Shown: positions 8,596 through 17,883 of the stretch, in pieces | Position numbering within the stretch: the stretch's first letter is position 1 | Layout of the letters: every line of letters starts with the position of its first letter | NCBI GenBank assembly: GCA_020047755.1 | Contig: JAIFNL010000118.1 | Coordinates: 3,618 to 67,617, forward strand | Length of the DNA stretch: 64,000 nucleotides | Direction of reading: 5' to 3' | DNA from: Bacteroidota bacterium | GTDB lineage: Bacteria; Bacteroidota; Bacteroidia; Bacteroidales; JAIFNL01 | Translations under genes and position numbers: made by a program | The notes under the pieces: model-generated | Seen by the model: only the letters and a program-made list of their open reading frames with translations | Databases searched by the model: none | Told to the model about the DNA's origin: nothing

Positions 8596-9210
8596 TTAGA
8601 GGTTCAAAAGTCGCCTAAAACCTTCCGGTACTTCAAATTCTTCTTTATCAAATTTTTGGCGTTTTATTTCTACTGCTTCGTATTTTATCGGAAAATTGCT
8701 TTTTTCGATGTATTCGAGCAAAATAAAATTGACCTCAGAGTAGGGAGTTCCTATATTAACTTTGTTAAAACTAAGCTTTTCTGAGTAAAAACCAAACAAA
8801 GTATCTTGCTCGCTTACTAATTTTACAAACTTGCAGAGCTCGCCATTGATTGTTTTGCTACTGTCGATGAACGTAACTTTATAATCGCGCAATTCTCTGT
8901 TTGCGCTTTTTTTGTTTGGTGTATAGTCTTTTATATACTTTTTTTCAGTAGATAAATCTATCAAAATTTGAGACTTGCCTTGGTCTAGGTCAGTTATTAT
9001 CGTTGTTTTTCCTAGTTTTGAAATGCTTTCTCTTTTGACAAATTTTTTCGATATCGAAACTTTAAGCTCTTCGGGTAGTAGTTTTAAACTAGATTCTTCT
9101 ATATTATTATCACCATAAGTTATTTTGTAGGTAACAACTCCATTAAATTTTTTTTGTGAAAATGAAACTAAATTTAAGCAAATAGCTATAATTAAAATGA
9201 TGTATCTCAT
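8596..9210 (-). CDS. Hypothetical secreted protein with an N-terminal signal peptide
   Basis: 204-aa ORF starting MRYIILIIAICLNLVSFSQ. The coding bias is clean and I recognised no motif. Confidence 0.6.
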   Translation of the reverse strand: MRYIILIIAICLNLVSFSQKKFNGVVTYKITYGDNNIEESSLKLLPEELKVSISKKFVKRESISKLGKTTIITDLDQGKSQILIDLSTEKKYIKDYTPNKKSANRELRDYKVTFIDSSKTINGELCKFVKLVSEQDTLFGFYSEKLSFNKVNIGTPYSEVNFILLEYIEKSNFPIKYEAVEIKRQKFDKEEFEVPEGFRRLLNL

Positions 9211-9271
9211 AAATTGTAAATAAAATTTGTTATTTGTAATATTAAATAATATGATTGTGGTTTACTTTTCG

Positions 9272-9475
9272 TTAAAAGTAGAAAAACGAAAAATAAATGT
9301 ACGCAACAAGATATAATATGACCAAAAACAATAAAAAATTTAGATTTTTTATTGCATTTCGCTCTTTAATATATGTTATATCTTCGCCGCGCGAAATTCT
9401 TAATTTATTTCGTCTTTCTTGGTATCTTTTTTCACTTTCTTTCATTTTGAAAATAATTTTAGGGTTAATTTTCAT
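9272..9475 (-). CDS. Possible small tail-anchored membrane protein (hypothetical)
   Basis: 67-aa ORF with a basic N-terminus (KRYQERRNKLR) and one C-terminal hydrophobic helix. No family was recognised and it could be spurious. Confidence 0.3.
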   Translation of the reverse strand: MKINPKIIFKMKESEKRYQERRNKLRISRGEDITYIKERNAIKNLNFLLFLVILYLVAYIYFSFFYF

Positions 9476-9550
9476 TATGCCTGATGCAAATAATTACGTC
9501 AGTTTTTTTACTCTATTTTTAGCTATTATAAAAAAAACGGAAAACAAATT

Positions 9551-10498
9551 TTAGTTTTCTTTGAGTTTTACTAATCTTTCTTGAGCATATTCAGAGTAAG
9601 AATCGGATTCTTTTGATACAGATAAAAACTTGTCGAAATATTCAATTGCCAATTTTTTATCTTCCAGATTGTCGTAAGATATTGCAATATTGTAATATAA
9701 ATAACTATCAGAACTATCTAATTCTAAGGCAGCTTTATAGTCTAAAATTGCTTCGCTGTAATTTTCTAAGTAATAGAAACAAAAAGCTCTGTATTTTAAG
9801 CAAGTATATTTATCAGCATCGAGAAAATCGATACATTTTGTATAATATTCTATGGCTTTTTTATAATTTTTTATGTCGAAAAAAGTTGTTGCAACTCGCA
9901 AATTGATAGCATACTCGTTTGGATTTAAACTAGCTACTTTTTCAAAATCCTTCAGGGCACTAAGCGTATCTGTTTGCACTAAATAATTTTCGCCACGTTT
10001 TAAATAAGCTTCTGATTTATTTTGGTCTAGCGCTATTACCTTGCTGAAATAAATTTGAGCCGAATCATACTTATTTAGAAGTGAAGATAAATTGCCTAAG
10101 CCCATGTAAGCTGTCGAAAAATAAGTACTATCTGATGACAATAATTTTTGGTAATATACTTGAGCAAGCGTATAATCAATTACATTTTCATACGATTTTG
10201 CAAGGTATAAATTGATTTCAGGATTTAAGCTATCGAGCTCTGTGGCTTGCTTAAAGTATTCAATAGCAACGTAGTAGTCTTTGTTATCAAAATAATAAGT
10301 TCCTTCTTTTATCAATGTGTCTATACTTGCATTGGGGTCGTAATGATAACCGTAATCGTCTGTAAACCAATCAGAAATGTCGAAATTAAAATCAAAGTTA
10401 AAATCGAATATATCTTTTTTATCTTTTGTATCGTTAGTGTAAAATGCTGTTATATAAGCAAATGCAATAACAAATGCTATTTGGAATAATTTTCTCAT
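9551..10498 (-). CDS. TPR repeat protein, secreted or periplasmic
   Basis: 315 aa with an N-terminal hydrophobic signal. It carries repeated 34-aa TPR-like units such as AIEYFKQATELDSLNPE, AQIYFSKVIALDQNKSEAYLKRG and AILDYKAALELDSSDSYLYYNIA. Confidence 0.8.
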   Translation of the reverse strand: MRKLFQIAFVIAFAYITAFYTNDTKDKKDIFDFNFDFNFDISDWFTDDYGYHYDPNASIDTLIKEGTYYFDNKDYYVAIEYFKQATELDSLNPEINLYLAKSYENVIDYTLAQVYYQKLLSSDSTYFSTAYMGLGNLSSLLNKYDSAQIYFSKVIALDQNKSEAYLKRGENYLVQTDTLSALKDFEKVASLNPNEYAINLRVATTFFDIKNYKKAIEYYTKCIDFLDADKYTCLKYRAFCFYYLENYSEAILDYKAALELDSSDSYLYYNIAISYDNLEDKKLAIEYFDKFLSVSKESDSYSEYAQERLVKLKEN

Positions 10499-10693
10499 AC
10501 CGTTTGTTTTTTCCTGAAAAAATGATTTTTTTTTAAGGCTAATTTACGAAAATTCCTTCTAATAATCAAATAAAAAAGTAATCTAATTGCTGTTTACCTG
10601 ATTTCATATCGTTGATTTTCCTTTTAAATTTCTTAATTTTTTAGATTAACAACTTGAAAAACAACAGTTATAATCGTTTTAATTTTTCATTCA

Positions 10694-11308
10694 TTATTGC
10701 AATTCTTTTTTTAGCATTTTGCTATTTTCGTTGTATTTGAAACCCATTTTTTTCAAATAATTGATATGTGTTTTGTTGTCTAATTTGCTGCATAGTGTTT
10801 TGTAACCTCTGTTAGTGAAGTACTTAGCGTTTTCTTTGTAAACGTATTTTCCTACTTTAAAATCGCGATATTCCGGAATTGTGTAATCTAAACCAATAAT
10901 TAACTCATCGACACTATGCTCGCGAGCAAGTACAATTCCGGCTACCGACATATTGCGTAATACAAAGAAACTCAGCTTATTCATCTCTGGGTTGTAGCTA
11001 AATTCAGGAAAATATCTTAGAATATCCTCTTTGTAATAATTCAGAAATTCGAGCAAATATTTATTGTCGGCTCTGACTTCAAGCACCTTGAAATATTCTT
11101 TTTTGGAGTACATTTTGGTTAAATAATACACATCAATGGCTACTATAAATCCATTGAGTAATCCCACAGGAATAGCTCCTATTATAAAGCCGTAAGCCGA
11201 AAATAAAGCGGCACCAAAAAGGTTTATCCATCTGAGTTTCAGAAGCGAACTCATTAGCATCGAAACTGCAATTACTATTGAGGCTATGTAGCCAATCCAT
11301 TCTATCAT
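10694..11308 (-). CDS. Membrane protein: N-terminal 3-TM region plus a C-terminal GNAT-like soluble domain (hypothetical)
   Basis: 204 aa. Three hydrophobic helices fall in residues 1-65. The C-terminal part (VAGIVLAREHS...YRDFKVGKYVY...HINYLKKMGFKY) resembles an acetyltransferase fold, but the assignment is uncertain. Confidence 0.55.
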   Translation of the reverse strand: MIEWIGYIASIVIAVSMLMSSLLKLRWINLFGAALFSAYGFIIGAIPVGLLNGFIVAIDVYYLTKMYSKKEYFKVLEVRADNKYLLEFLNYYKEDILRYFPEFSYNPEMNKLSFFVLRNMSVAGIVLAREHSVDELIIGLDYTIPEYRDFKVGKYVYKENAKYFTNRGYKTLCSKLDNKTHINYLKKMGFKYNENSKMLKKELQ

Positions 11309-11402
11309 AATTCTAAATTATTTATATTTTAATATTAGTTTGTCTCTATTTATGTATGTTTTGCATGTTAAAATAGAGATAAAAATAAATTAAATTACCG
11401 AT

Positions 11403-12662
11403 TTATTTTTTCATTTTTTCCCAAAGCCTTGTTGCTTCTTTTTTTGTAAATTTCCATATTTCGTTTTCATTAACTGTTTGAATTTGAAAATCTTTCACAA
11501 TTAATTTACCCGATGAAAGAACATGGCGAACTTGACTTGATTCAAAACCAAAGATAAAATGACCTAAGAAATTTTCCGAAACCAAAGGCGTTGGACTTGG
11601 ATAATCGAGCACTACCAAATTGTTTGACCCATCGCCCGAAAAATTATTCTTTTGCAAATAATTGTGTACATTTCTGAACCGATAATATGCTGAAGGATAA
11701 TCAATTGTGTCAAAATTTTGACCCACAAAAAAAGCGGCTTTTGCACTTCGGAGCATATCGGAGTGCATTCCATCGGTTCCTAAAATGACTTTATCTTCAA
11801 AGCCTTTAGCATTGAAAAAACCAACTTTATTGTTTAAATTGCTTTCAATATTTTCGGCAATCCATGCTTTGGATTTTGAAAGTATATTTCTTTCATTTTC
11901 AGACAAATGCAAGCAGTGCGCTAGAATTGTTTTGTCAAAATTGAGCACTCCAAAATCATCGAAACGTTCTACAACTGATTTGTTGTACTTCATTTTGGTA
12001 AATGTTTGGTCGTAAACATCTTCGGCTGCATGAACGTGTATTCCCGAGTCGAATTTAGATGCCAACTCAACGGCTTTTTTCAAAGTGCTATTTCCTATTG
12101 TAAAGGAAGCATGTAGCCCAACTAAGCCTTCATTTTTTGCTAAATATTGCTCTGTTTCGTACAGTCCTAGCTCGGCAATGTCGATGCCGTCGCGGTCAGA
12201 AATTTCGTAGCAAAGTAAATGCGAAACACCCACTTCTTCAAAAGCTTGTGCAAGAATAGAAAGCGACGAATTTACTGCAAAAGGCGAAGCATGGTGGTCG
12301 ATAACATACGTAACACCTGCTTTGGCTGAAGCAATCGCCGTAGCCAAAGCACTAGCGCGAATCATATCCTTATCGAGCGATTTATCTAAAGTCCACCAAA
12401 CGTATTTTAAAATATCATGAAAGTTTTCAGGTGTTTTTTTGGGAGCTCCCATACCGCGTGCAAGTGCAGAGTAGGCATGGTGATGACCACAAGCAAAGGA
12501 TTTTGTAACTATTTTGCCTGTTACATCGAGTACTTGGCTACCTTCAGGAATAGAGCTAACAAATTCTATCTCACCCTTTATTCCCTCATTTACTAAAATA
12601 TGTGTGTTTTTGATTGCTAAACTTTCAGAATCAATGTAAGTTGCATTTTTTAGATAAAGCAT
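11403..12662 (-). CDS. Amidohydrolase superfamily protein (chlorohydrolase/SsnA-like aminohydrolase)
   Basis: 419 aa. Metal-ligand pattern: FACGHHHAYS (HxH), GIHVHAAED, LAHCLHL and GTDGMHSD. Confidence 0.8.
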   Translation of the reverse strand: MLYLKNATYIDSESLAIKNTHILVNEGIKGEIEFVSSIPEGSQVLDVTGKIVTKSFACGHHHAYSALARGMGAPKKTPENFHDILKYVWWTLDKSLDKDMIRASALATAIASAKAGVTYVIDHHASPFAVNSSLSILAQAFEEVGVSHLLCYEISDRDGIDIAELGLYETEQYLAKNEGLVGLHASFTIGNSTLKKAVELASKFDSGIHVHAAEDVYDQTFTKMKYNKSVVERFDDFGVLNFDKTILAHCLHLSENERNILSKSKAWIAENIESNLNNKVGFFNAKGFEDKVILGTDGMHSDMLRSAKAAFFVGQNFDTIDYPSAYYRFRNVHNYLQKNNFSGDGSNNLVVLDYPSPTPLVSENFLGHFIFGFESSQVRHVLSSGKLIVKDFQIQTVNENEIWKFTKKEATRLWEKMKK

Positions 12663-12876
12663 ACTTTTATTTTTTTATTTAAACTGTGAATTGCAAAAAT
12701 AAAACATTCTTTCAATAAATTATTCTTATTACAAAAAAAAACTGTTTTTTTGAATTGATGTGTTGTATTTGATTGATTACATGTTATTTATGAATGTTCG
12801 TTTTTTCCCTCAAATTTTATTTGTAAAATTAAAATAATATTTCTTGTTTTTTTTTAGTATAGATTTTTTTTTTTCG

Positions 12877-12884
12877 TATATTTG
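12877..12884 (+). promoter_or_regulatory. -7 promoter box (TAtaTTTG) upstream of the first TPR-PP2C gene
   Basis: tatatttg lies 115 nt upstream of the GTG start at 12999. Confidence 0.35.
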
Positions 12885-12998
12885 TTTCCATAAAATAAAA
12901 AGAATTATTCATAAAAATAAATGATTCCTTTTATTTTTTAGACAATTAATTTATGTTTAAATATTATTTAAAATTTAATTTCTTAATTAGTTAGAAAA

Positions 12999-14906
12999 GT
13001 GAATTTGTATTTCAAAAAAAATATTGCATTAAGTTTTTTTCTCCTTATTTCTACATTCTTATTTGCACAAAATGCAGAAATAGAGAAAAATAGAAGTGAG
13101 TTTAATAAATATCTTCAAGTCAACGATAACAACAAAGCTGCTTTTTATTTGAATAAAATAGCTTTCATTTATTGGGATTTGAATAAAAAGGATTCTGCAA
13201 TTTTTTATTTTCTTGAAGGAGTTAAATATAATGAGCTTGTAAACAATAAAATAGGAGTAAAATCGGCTTATGGAAATATAGCAATGATTTATGCCGATAA
13301 TAATCAATTAGTTCAGGCAACTGAATACGCAAAAAAAAGTTTAGTTATAAGAAGGCAAATAGGTAAAAAACCAGACATTTGCGCCGGATTAATTGATATT
13401 GCTACTTATTTAGAAAGCCAAAAAAAATATGCCGAATCGAATAAAAATCTCGACGAAGCCATTGATATTGCTTCAGAGTTAAATGATTACAGGCTTTTGC
13501 GCAACTGCTATGGAATTTATACAAGCAATTACAAAGCATTGGGGCAGCTAGAAAAATCGCAAGAGGCATTTAATAAGTATTCTATTTATAATCAGCAAAT
13601 TCAGGAAGATGAATTTGCCAAAAAAGAGAAGCAAAATGCCCAAAATGCAAATTTTAAACTCTCCAAAGCCGACTCGCTTGTGCAAGCAAAGCAGGCAGAA
13701 TTATTGAAACAAAATAGCTTACTTTCGAGCACAAAAGATTCTTTATCTTTTGCCGAAAAACTTAACTTGGAAAAGGAGGCTAAAATTGAAAATTTGAATA
13801 AAGACCGATTGCTTAATGAGGCTGTTTTGAAGGAAAAAGAAGCTCAATTACAAAAATCGGCAATTATTCGAAATTTTATTATTTTTGGCTTGATAATAGT
13901 ACTTATTTTTGCTACGCTTATTTTGAACAATATGCGCAAGCTCAAAAAAGCAAAAAATGTTTTAGCAATTCAAAATGCTGCAATTGCTGCGCGAAATAAA
14001 GAAATTAGGCAACAAAAAGAAGATATTGAAAAGAAAACAGAAATGCTTGAAGGAGCTTTTGAGCAAATTAAAAAGCAAAATTTAGACATTAACAATAGCA
14101 TTAATTATGCACAACGCATTCAAAAAGCGATGTTGCGTAGCGAAGAAGCCTTGAAAGTATATTTGCCTGAATCTTTTATTTTACTAAAGCCAAGAGAAAA
14201 AGTAAGCGGGGATTTCTTCTGGTTCAAAGAGATTGGTAGCATGGCAAAAATTACAAGGTATTTGCTCGAAGCTATTGGCGAAAAGCCCGAAGAAAATGAT
14301 TTAAAAAACAAAAAATTAATTTTAGCTGCAATAGATTGCACTGGGCATGGAGTGCCAGGCTCATTTATGTCGCTTATTGGCTTCAACTTATTGAATGAAA
14401 TAACCAGCATGGGATTTACTAAAAGTGCGGCTAACATATTGAATCATTTGCACGAAAGTGTCAGAGGAGCTTTGAGGCAAGATACTACCGATAATAGAGA
14501 TGGTATGGATGTGGCTTTGTGCATGATAGATAAAAATAATAAGATTTTAGATTTTTCGGGTGCTAAAAATCCTCTTGTTTATATTCAAGATGGTGAACTT
14601 GTTGAAATAAAAGGAGATAAAAATCCAGTAGGAGGTTTACAAAGAGAAGAGGAGCGAAAATTTATTTCGCATAAATTAACACTCGACAAGCCAACATCTT
14701 TTTACATCTTTACCGACGGTTATTTAGACCAATTTGGTGGAGAAAAAGGCAGAAAATTTATGAAAAAAAATTTTTATAGTCTTCTTCTCGAGATACATCA
14801 AAAACCAATGCACGAGCAAAAGGAAATTCTCTTCAATACTTTTAAAAATTGGAAAGGCGAGCAAGCTCAAATAGACGATGTGTTGGTTATTGGTTTTAAA
14901 ATTTAA
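12999..14906 (+). CDS. Signal peptide - periplasmic TPR sensor - TM - coiled coil - SpoIIE/PP2C serine phosphatase
   Basis: 635 aa. Signal peptide MNLYFKKNIALSFFLLISTFLFAQ, TPR units, and TM helix IIRNFIIFGLIIVLIFATLIL. PP2C motifs: SGDFFWF, DCTGHGVPGS, RDGMDVAL, TDGYLDQFGG and QIDDVLVIGFKI. Confidence 0.88.
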   Translation: MNLYFKKNIALSFFLLISTFLFAQNAEIEKNRSEFNKYLQVNDNNKAAFYLNKIAFIYWDLNKKDSAIFYFLEGVKYNELVNNKIGVKSAYGNIAMIYADNNQLVQATEYAKKSLVIRRQIGKKPDICAGLIDIATYLESQKKYAESNKNLDEAIDIASELNDYRLLRNCYGIYTSNYKALGQLEKSQEAFNKYSIYNQQIQEDEFAKKEKQNAQNANFKLSKADSLVQAKQAELLKQNSLLSSTKDSLSFAEKLNLEKEAKIENLNKDRLLNEAVLKEKEAQLQKSAIIRNFIIFGLIIVLIFATLILNNMRKLKKAKNVLAIQNAAIAARNKEIRQQKEDIEKKTEMLEGAFEQIKKQNLDINNSINYAQRIQKAMLRSEEALKVYLPESFILLKPREKVSGDFFWFKEIGSMAKITRYLLEAIGEKPEENDLKNKKLILAAIDCTGHGVPGSFMSLIGFNLLNEITSMGFTKSAANILNHLHESVRGALRQDTTDNRDGMDVALCMIDKNNKILDFSGAKNPLVYIQDGELVEIKGDKNPVGGLQREEERKFISHKLTLDKPTSFYIFTDGYLDQFGGEKGRKFMKKNFYSLLLEIHQKPMHEQKEILFNTFKNWKGEQAQIDDVLVIGFKI

Positions 14907-14995
14907 TACAGCAAGCAACAAATTTTTTAAATAAATAAAATGGTTTTTATTTAGTTATTAATAAAAATCAAAAAATAGATACAAATTGTTAAATT

Positions 14996-16741
14996 ATGAA
15001 AAAGCTGAACATTTTTTTAAGTTTTTTATTCTTTTTAATTGCCTTAAACACAGTTGTTTATGCGCAAGAACAGTTCAAACACGAAAAGCGATTTTATAGA
15101 GCACCCGATGGAAAATTGTATGTAAATAAAGCAAAGCCGATATATTTCTTTATTTCTGATTCGCCCAATCCAAGTGCCGAGCATCATTTGCTAAGCCCCG
15201 AAGAATCGACTAAAAAGTATGCAAACCCAATGTATTTTGATACAGAAGGTTGGAATACCTTGCGCTCGCCTTCGTGTGTGGACACGGTAACTCGCAAAGT
15301 GGTTCAACCTGAACAAGATGTGAAATTTGTAGTTTTTAGCGACAGCAAGGCACCGCACACTAAACTTACTCTAAATCACGCTCCAACTTATAAGGCAAAC
15401 GATGTGCTTTTTGTTGGAAAAGGTTTGTCGGTTTCCCTTAGTTCGACAGATGAAACGGCTGGAGTTGAAAAAGTTTTTTTCTCTTCAAATGGTGCTCAAT
15501 TTTCAGAATATTCAAAGCCGATAGATGTAACTTCAGAAAATGACTATGTTTTTAAGTTTTACGCTGCTGATAATGTGGGAAATGCAGAAGAAACAAATGA
15601 GGAAAAAATTACACTCGACATCACGGCACCTTTAACCCAGTTTCGCATCGAAGGCGACCAATTTCAAGACGTACTTTCGGCACGAACTGTTATTCATCTC
15701 ACAGCTAGCGATTTGAAATCGGGCGTAGATAAAATTTACTATGCTTTTGATGACAACCAACCACGTGTTTTGGTTAACTATATCAGTTTAAGCTCTTTAT
15801 CAGAAGGTAATCATACCTTGAAATTTTATTCTATCGACAATGTTAAAAACCAAGAAGAAGTAAAAACGTATAGCTTCTTTTTAGACCAATCTGCACCAAT
15901 TGTTATCGACGAAGTTCTTGGAAATCAGTTTGTTTCAAACGGAAAAGCATACTCATCGGGCAGAACAAAATTTAAACTCACTGCTGTAGATAACAAAGCT
16001 GGAGTAAAATCCATTCATTACTCGATAGATGGAGCAGAATATGTAATTTACGATGCCCCCTTTTATTTGCCTACAAAAACAGGAGCTACCGATATTAAGT
16101 ATTATGCTACTGATAATGTGAATAATAAAATAAGCACAAGCAAAGGAAGCAGCAAAAGCACTGCAACTTATGTAGATTTGACAGGACCCAATTTGAGCCA
16201 CTCTTATTCGACTCCTCAATTTACTACGCGTGATACTACTTTTATCAATTCTTCTACTAAAATAACCCTCAAAGCTGTTGATGCTGAGGCTGGTGTGGAT
16301 AAAATTACTTATACGGTTGATAAAAAAGTAGAAACTGATTTTACTGCTCCTTTTTCAGTTGCCGAAGAAGGACAACATTCCATTAATTTTACAGGCTATG
16401 ACTACGTAGAAAATACAAACTCTGAGAATTTCTTTTTCATTGTAGATAACACACCACCAAGCCTTTATCCTCGTTTTAGTATTACACCGATAGGTAAAAA
16501 AGCATACGGCGATAAAAATATGGAAGTATTTTCGCCACACGTTCAACTTTATCTTTCGGCTACTGACACGCAAGTGGGTGTAAGTAAGATTTTTTACTCT
16601 ATCAATGGAGGTGCTGAAAGAGCTTATGTGGGACCAATTGGTGATTTTTCTAAAGGAAAAGAATATGTTGTAAAAGTTAAAATAATTGATTATTTAGGCA
16701 ATCAAAAAGACGAAATTGTAAACTTTGCAACCGGAAATTAA
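14996..16741 (+). CDS. Secreted protein with five Ig-like/beta-sandwich repeats (adhesin-like)
   Basis: 581 aa with a signal peptide. The motif recurs roughly every 90-97 aa: AGVEKVFFSSNGAQF, SGVDKIYYAFDDNQ, AGVKSIHYSIDGAEY, AGVDKITYTVDKK and VGVSKIFYSINGGAE. Confidence 0.75.
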   Translation: MKKLNIFLSFLFFLIALNTVVYAQEQFKHEKRFYRAPDGKLYVNKAKPIYFFISDSPNPSAEHHLLSPEESTKKYANPMYFDTEGWNTLRSPSCVDTVTRKVVQPEQDVKFVVFSDSKAPHTKLTLNHAPTYKANDVLFVGKGLSVSLSSTDETAGVEKVFFSSNGAQFSEYSKPIDVTSENDYVFKFYAADNVGNAEETNEEKITLDITAPLTQFRIEGDQFQDVLSARTVIHLTASDLKSGVDKIYYAFDDNQPRVLVNYISLSSLSEGNHTLKFYSIDNVKNQEEVKTYSFFLDQSAPIVIDEVLGNQFVSNGKAYSSGRTKFKLTAVDNKAGVKSIHYSIDGAEYVIYDAPFYLPTKTGATDIKYYATDNVNNKISTSKGSSKSTATYVDLTGPNLSHSYSTPQFTTRDTTFINSSTKITLKAVDAEAGVDKITYTVDKKVETDFTAPFSVAEEGQHSINFTGYDYVENTNSENFFFIVDNTPPSLYPRFSITPIGKKAYGDKNMEVFSPHVQLYLSATDTQVGVSKIFYSINGGAERAYVGPIGDFSKGKEYVVKVKIIDYLGNQKDEIVNFATGN

Positions 16742-16885
16742 GTAGTGAATAGCCTTTTAATCAATTAATTGATAACTATTTTGTAAAATATAAAATGACG
16801 TTTATTTTGTTTTATTATTTTATTTATAAAGGTGTATATTAAAAAAACCAAAAGTATAAAACTTTTGGTTTTTTTTATTTAGATA

Positions 16886-16984
16886 GTGAACCAAAATTGA
16901 TTGTATATTTTGTTTTGCTAAGTGCTTAAAAATAAGTAAATAGCAAAAAGTTTGCTCAAAAATAAAATAGCACGTGTGCTTAAA
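16886..16984 (+). repeat. Interspersed intergenic repeat, copy A (full length)
   Basis: gtgaaccaaaattgattgtatattttgttttgctaagtgcttaaaaa...gtttgctcaaaaataaaatagcacgtgtgcttaa. It matches copy B at 37070-37152 and, in reverse complement, copy C at 61164-61220. Confidence 0.85.
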
Positions 16985-16986
16985 AG

Positions 16987-17626
16987 CTACTCTTTTTTGA
17001 AAACAGAATCTTGCGAATGAGCTTTCATTCGTTTGAAACCAAAAACCCACAAACCAATTACATAAGGAATAAACAGCAAAAGCAAATAACCATTTTCGGA
17101 CATCAACCAAAAATCGTAAAATCCATGCAACAAAAATGGAACAAAAAAAGCTAGAAAAAGCTCAAAACTACGTTTGGCTGGTTCAAATTTAGCAAGCGCA
17201 AAATGATAACCCATTACCACACCAAAAAGCGCATGCGCAGGAACGGCTGTTACTGCACGCAAAATACCCACCGAAACACCATCGGAATCAGCCTAGCGAT
17301 ATGAAAACTCCGTAAACAATGCCATCAAATTTTTCGTTAAACTCTTTGCTTTTCCAAATTAATAGTAGCAAAGCTAGAAGTTTAAAGGCTTCTTCGGTTA
17401 AAGCCGCAGTTACAAAAGCATCAAAAGCTGCTTTTGACAAATCGGTTAGATTTTCGCCAAGCGGTTCTAAAAACGCATCGACAATTAAAATTGGAATGAC
17501 AGTTAGTCCTCCAAAAAGAAGAGAGAGAAGTAGCAACTTGATTGGTTCTTTTTCCCATTTATCTCTAAAATAAATGTAAAATCCTATAATTAGAATAGGA
17601 GCAAGTGATATTAATAACAGATTCAT
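16987..17626 (-). pseudogene. prsW: PrsW-family intramembrane metalloprotease, disrupted by a frameshift plus a probable small internal deletion
   Basis: ORF 17288..17626 carries the N-terminal half with the EEAFK motif and ends ...DGIVYGVFISLG-TGA. ORF 16987..17271, in a different frame, carries GILRAVTAVPAHALFGVVMGY and HGFYDF. The expected GFAxxENxxY segment between them is missing. Confidence 0.6.
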
Positions 17627-17883
17627 AACGTTTGAGTTTATATTTATTTATAATTAATTTTAGTTGTTTTTCTAGTTCCAAAAATAAAAGGTAATCTATT
17701 ATTAATTAAATAGTTATTTGTTAAATTTAATCAATTTTATACCTAATTAATTTAAACGTTTTTTGCAAAAAATAATTGAAAATATTTTTTGTATTATTTT
17801 TATACAAATATAATGTTTTATCTGTATTTTTTACTATTTTTGTCTAAATATCTTATAAATTTTAAAAAATAGAATTGCCGAAA

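Noticed and set aside
16820-17110. ORF 16820..17110 (-), 96 aa
   Set aside because: It overlaps the PrsW C-terminal fragment in another frame and runs through repeat copy A. It has no coding signal.
17271-17290. TGA at the PrsW break as a selenocysteine codon (SelD is present in the window)
   Set aside because: The downstream half is in a different reading frame, so read-through of TGA would not restore the protein. No SECIS-like hairpin is evident either.
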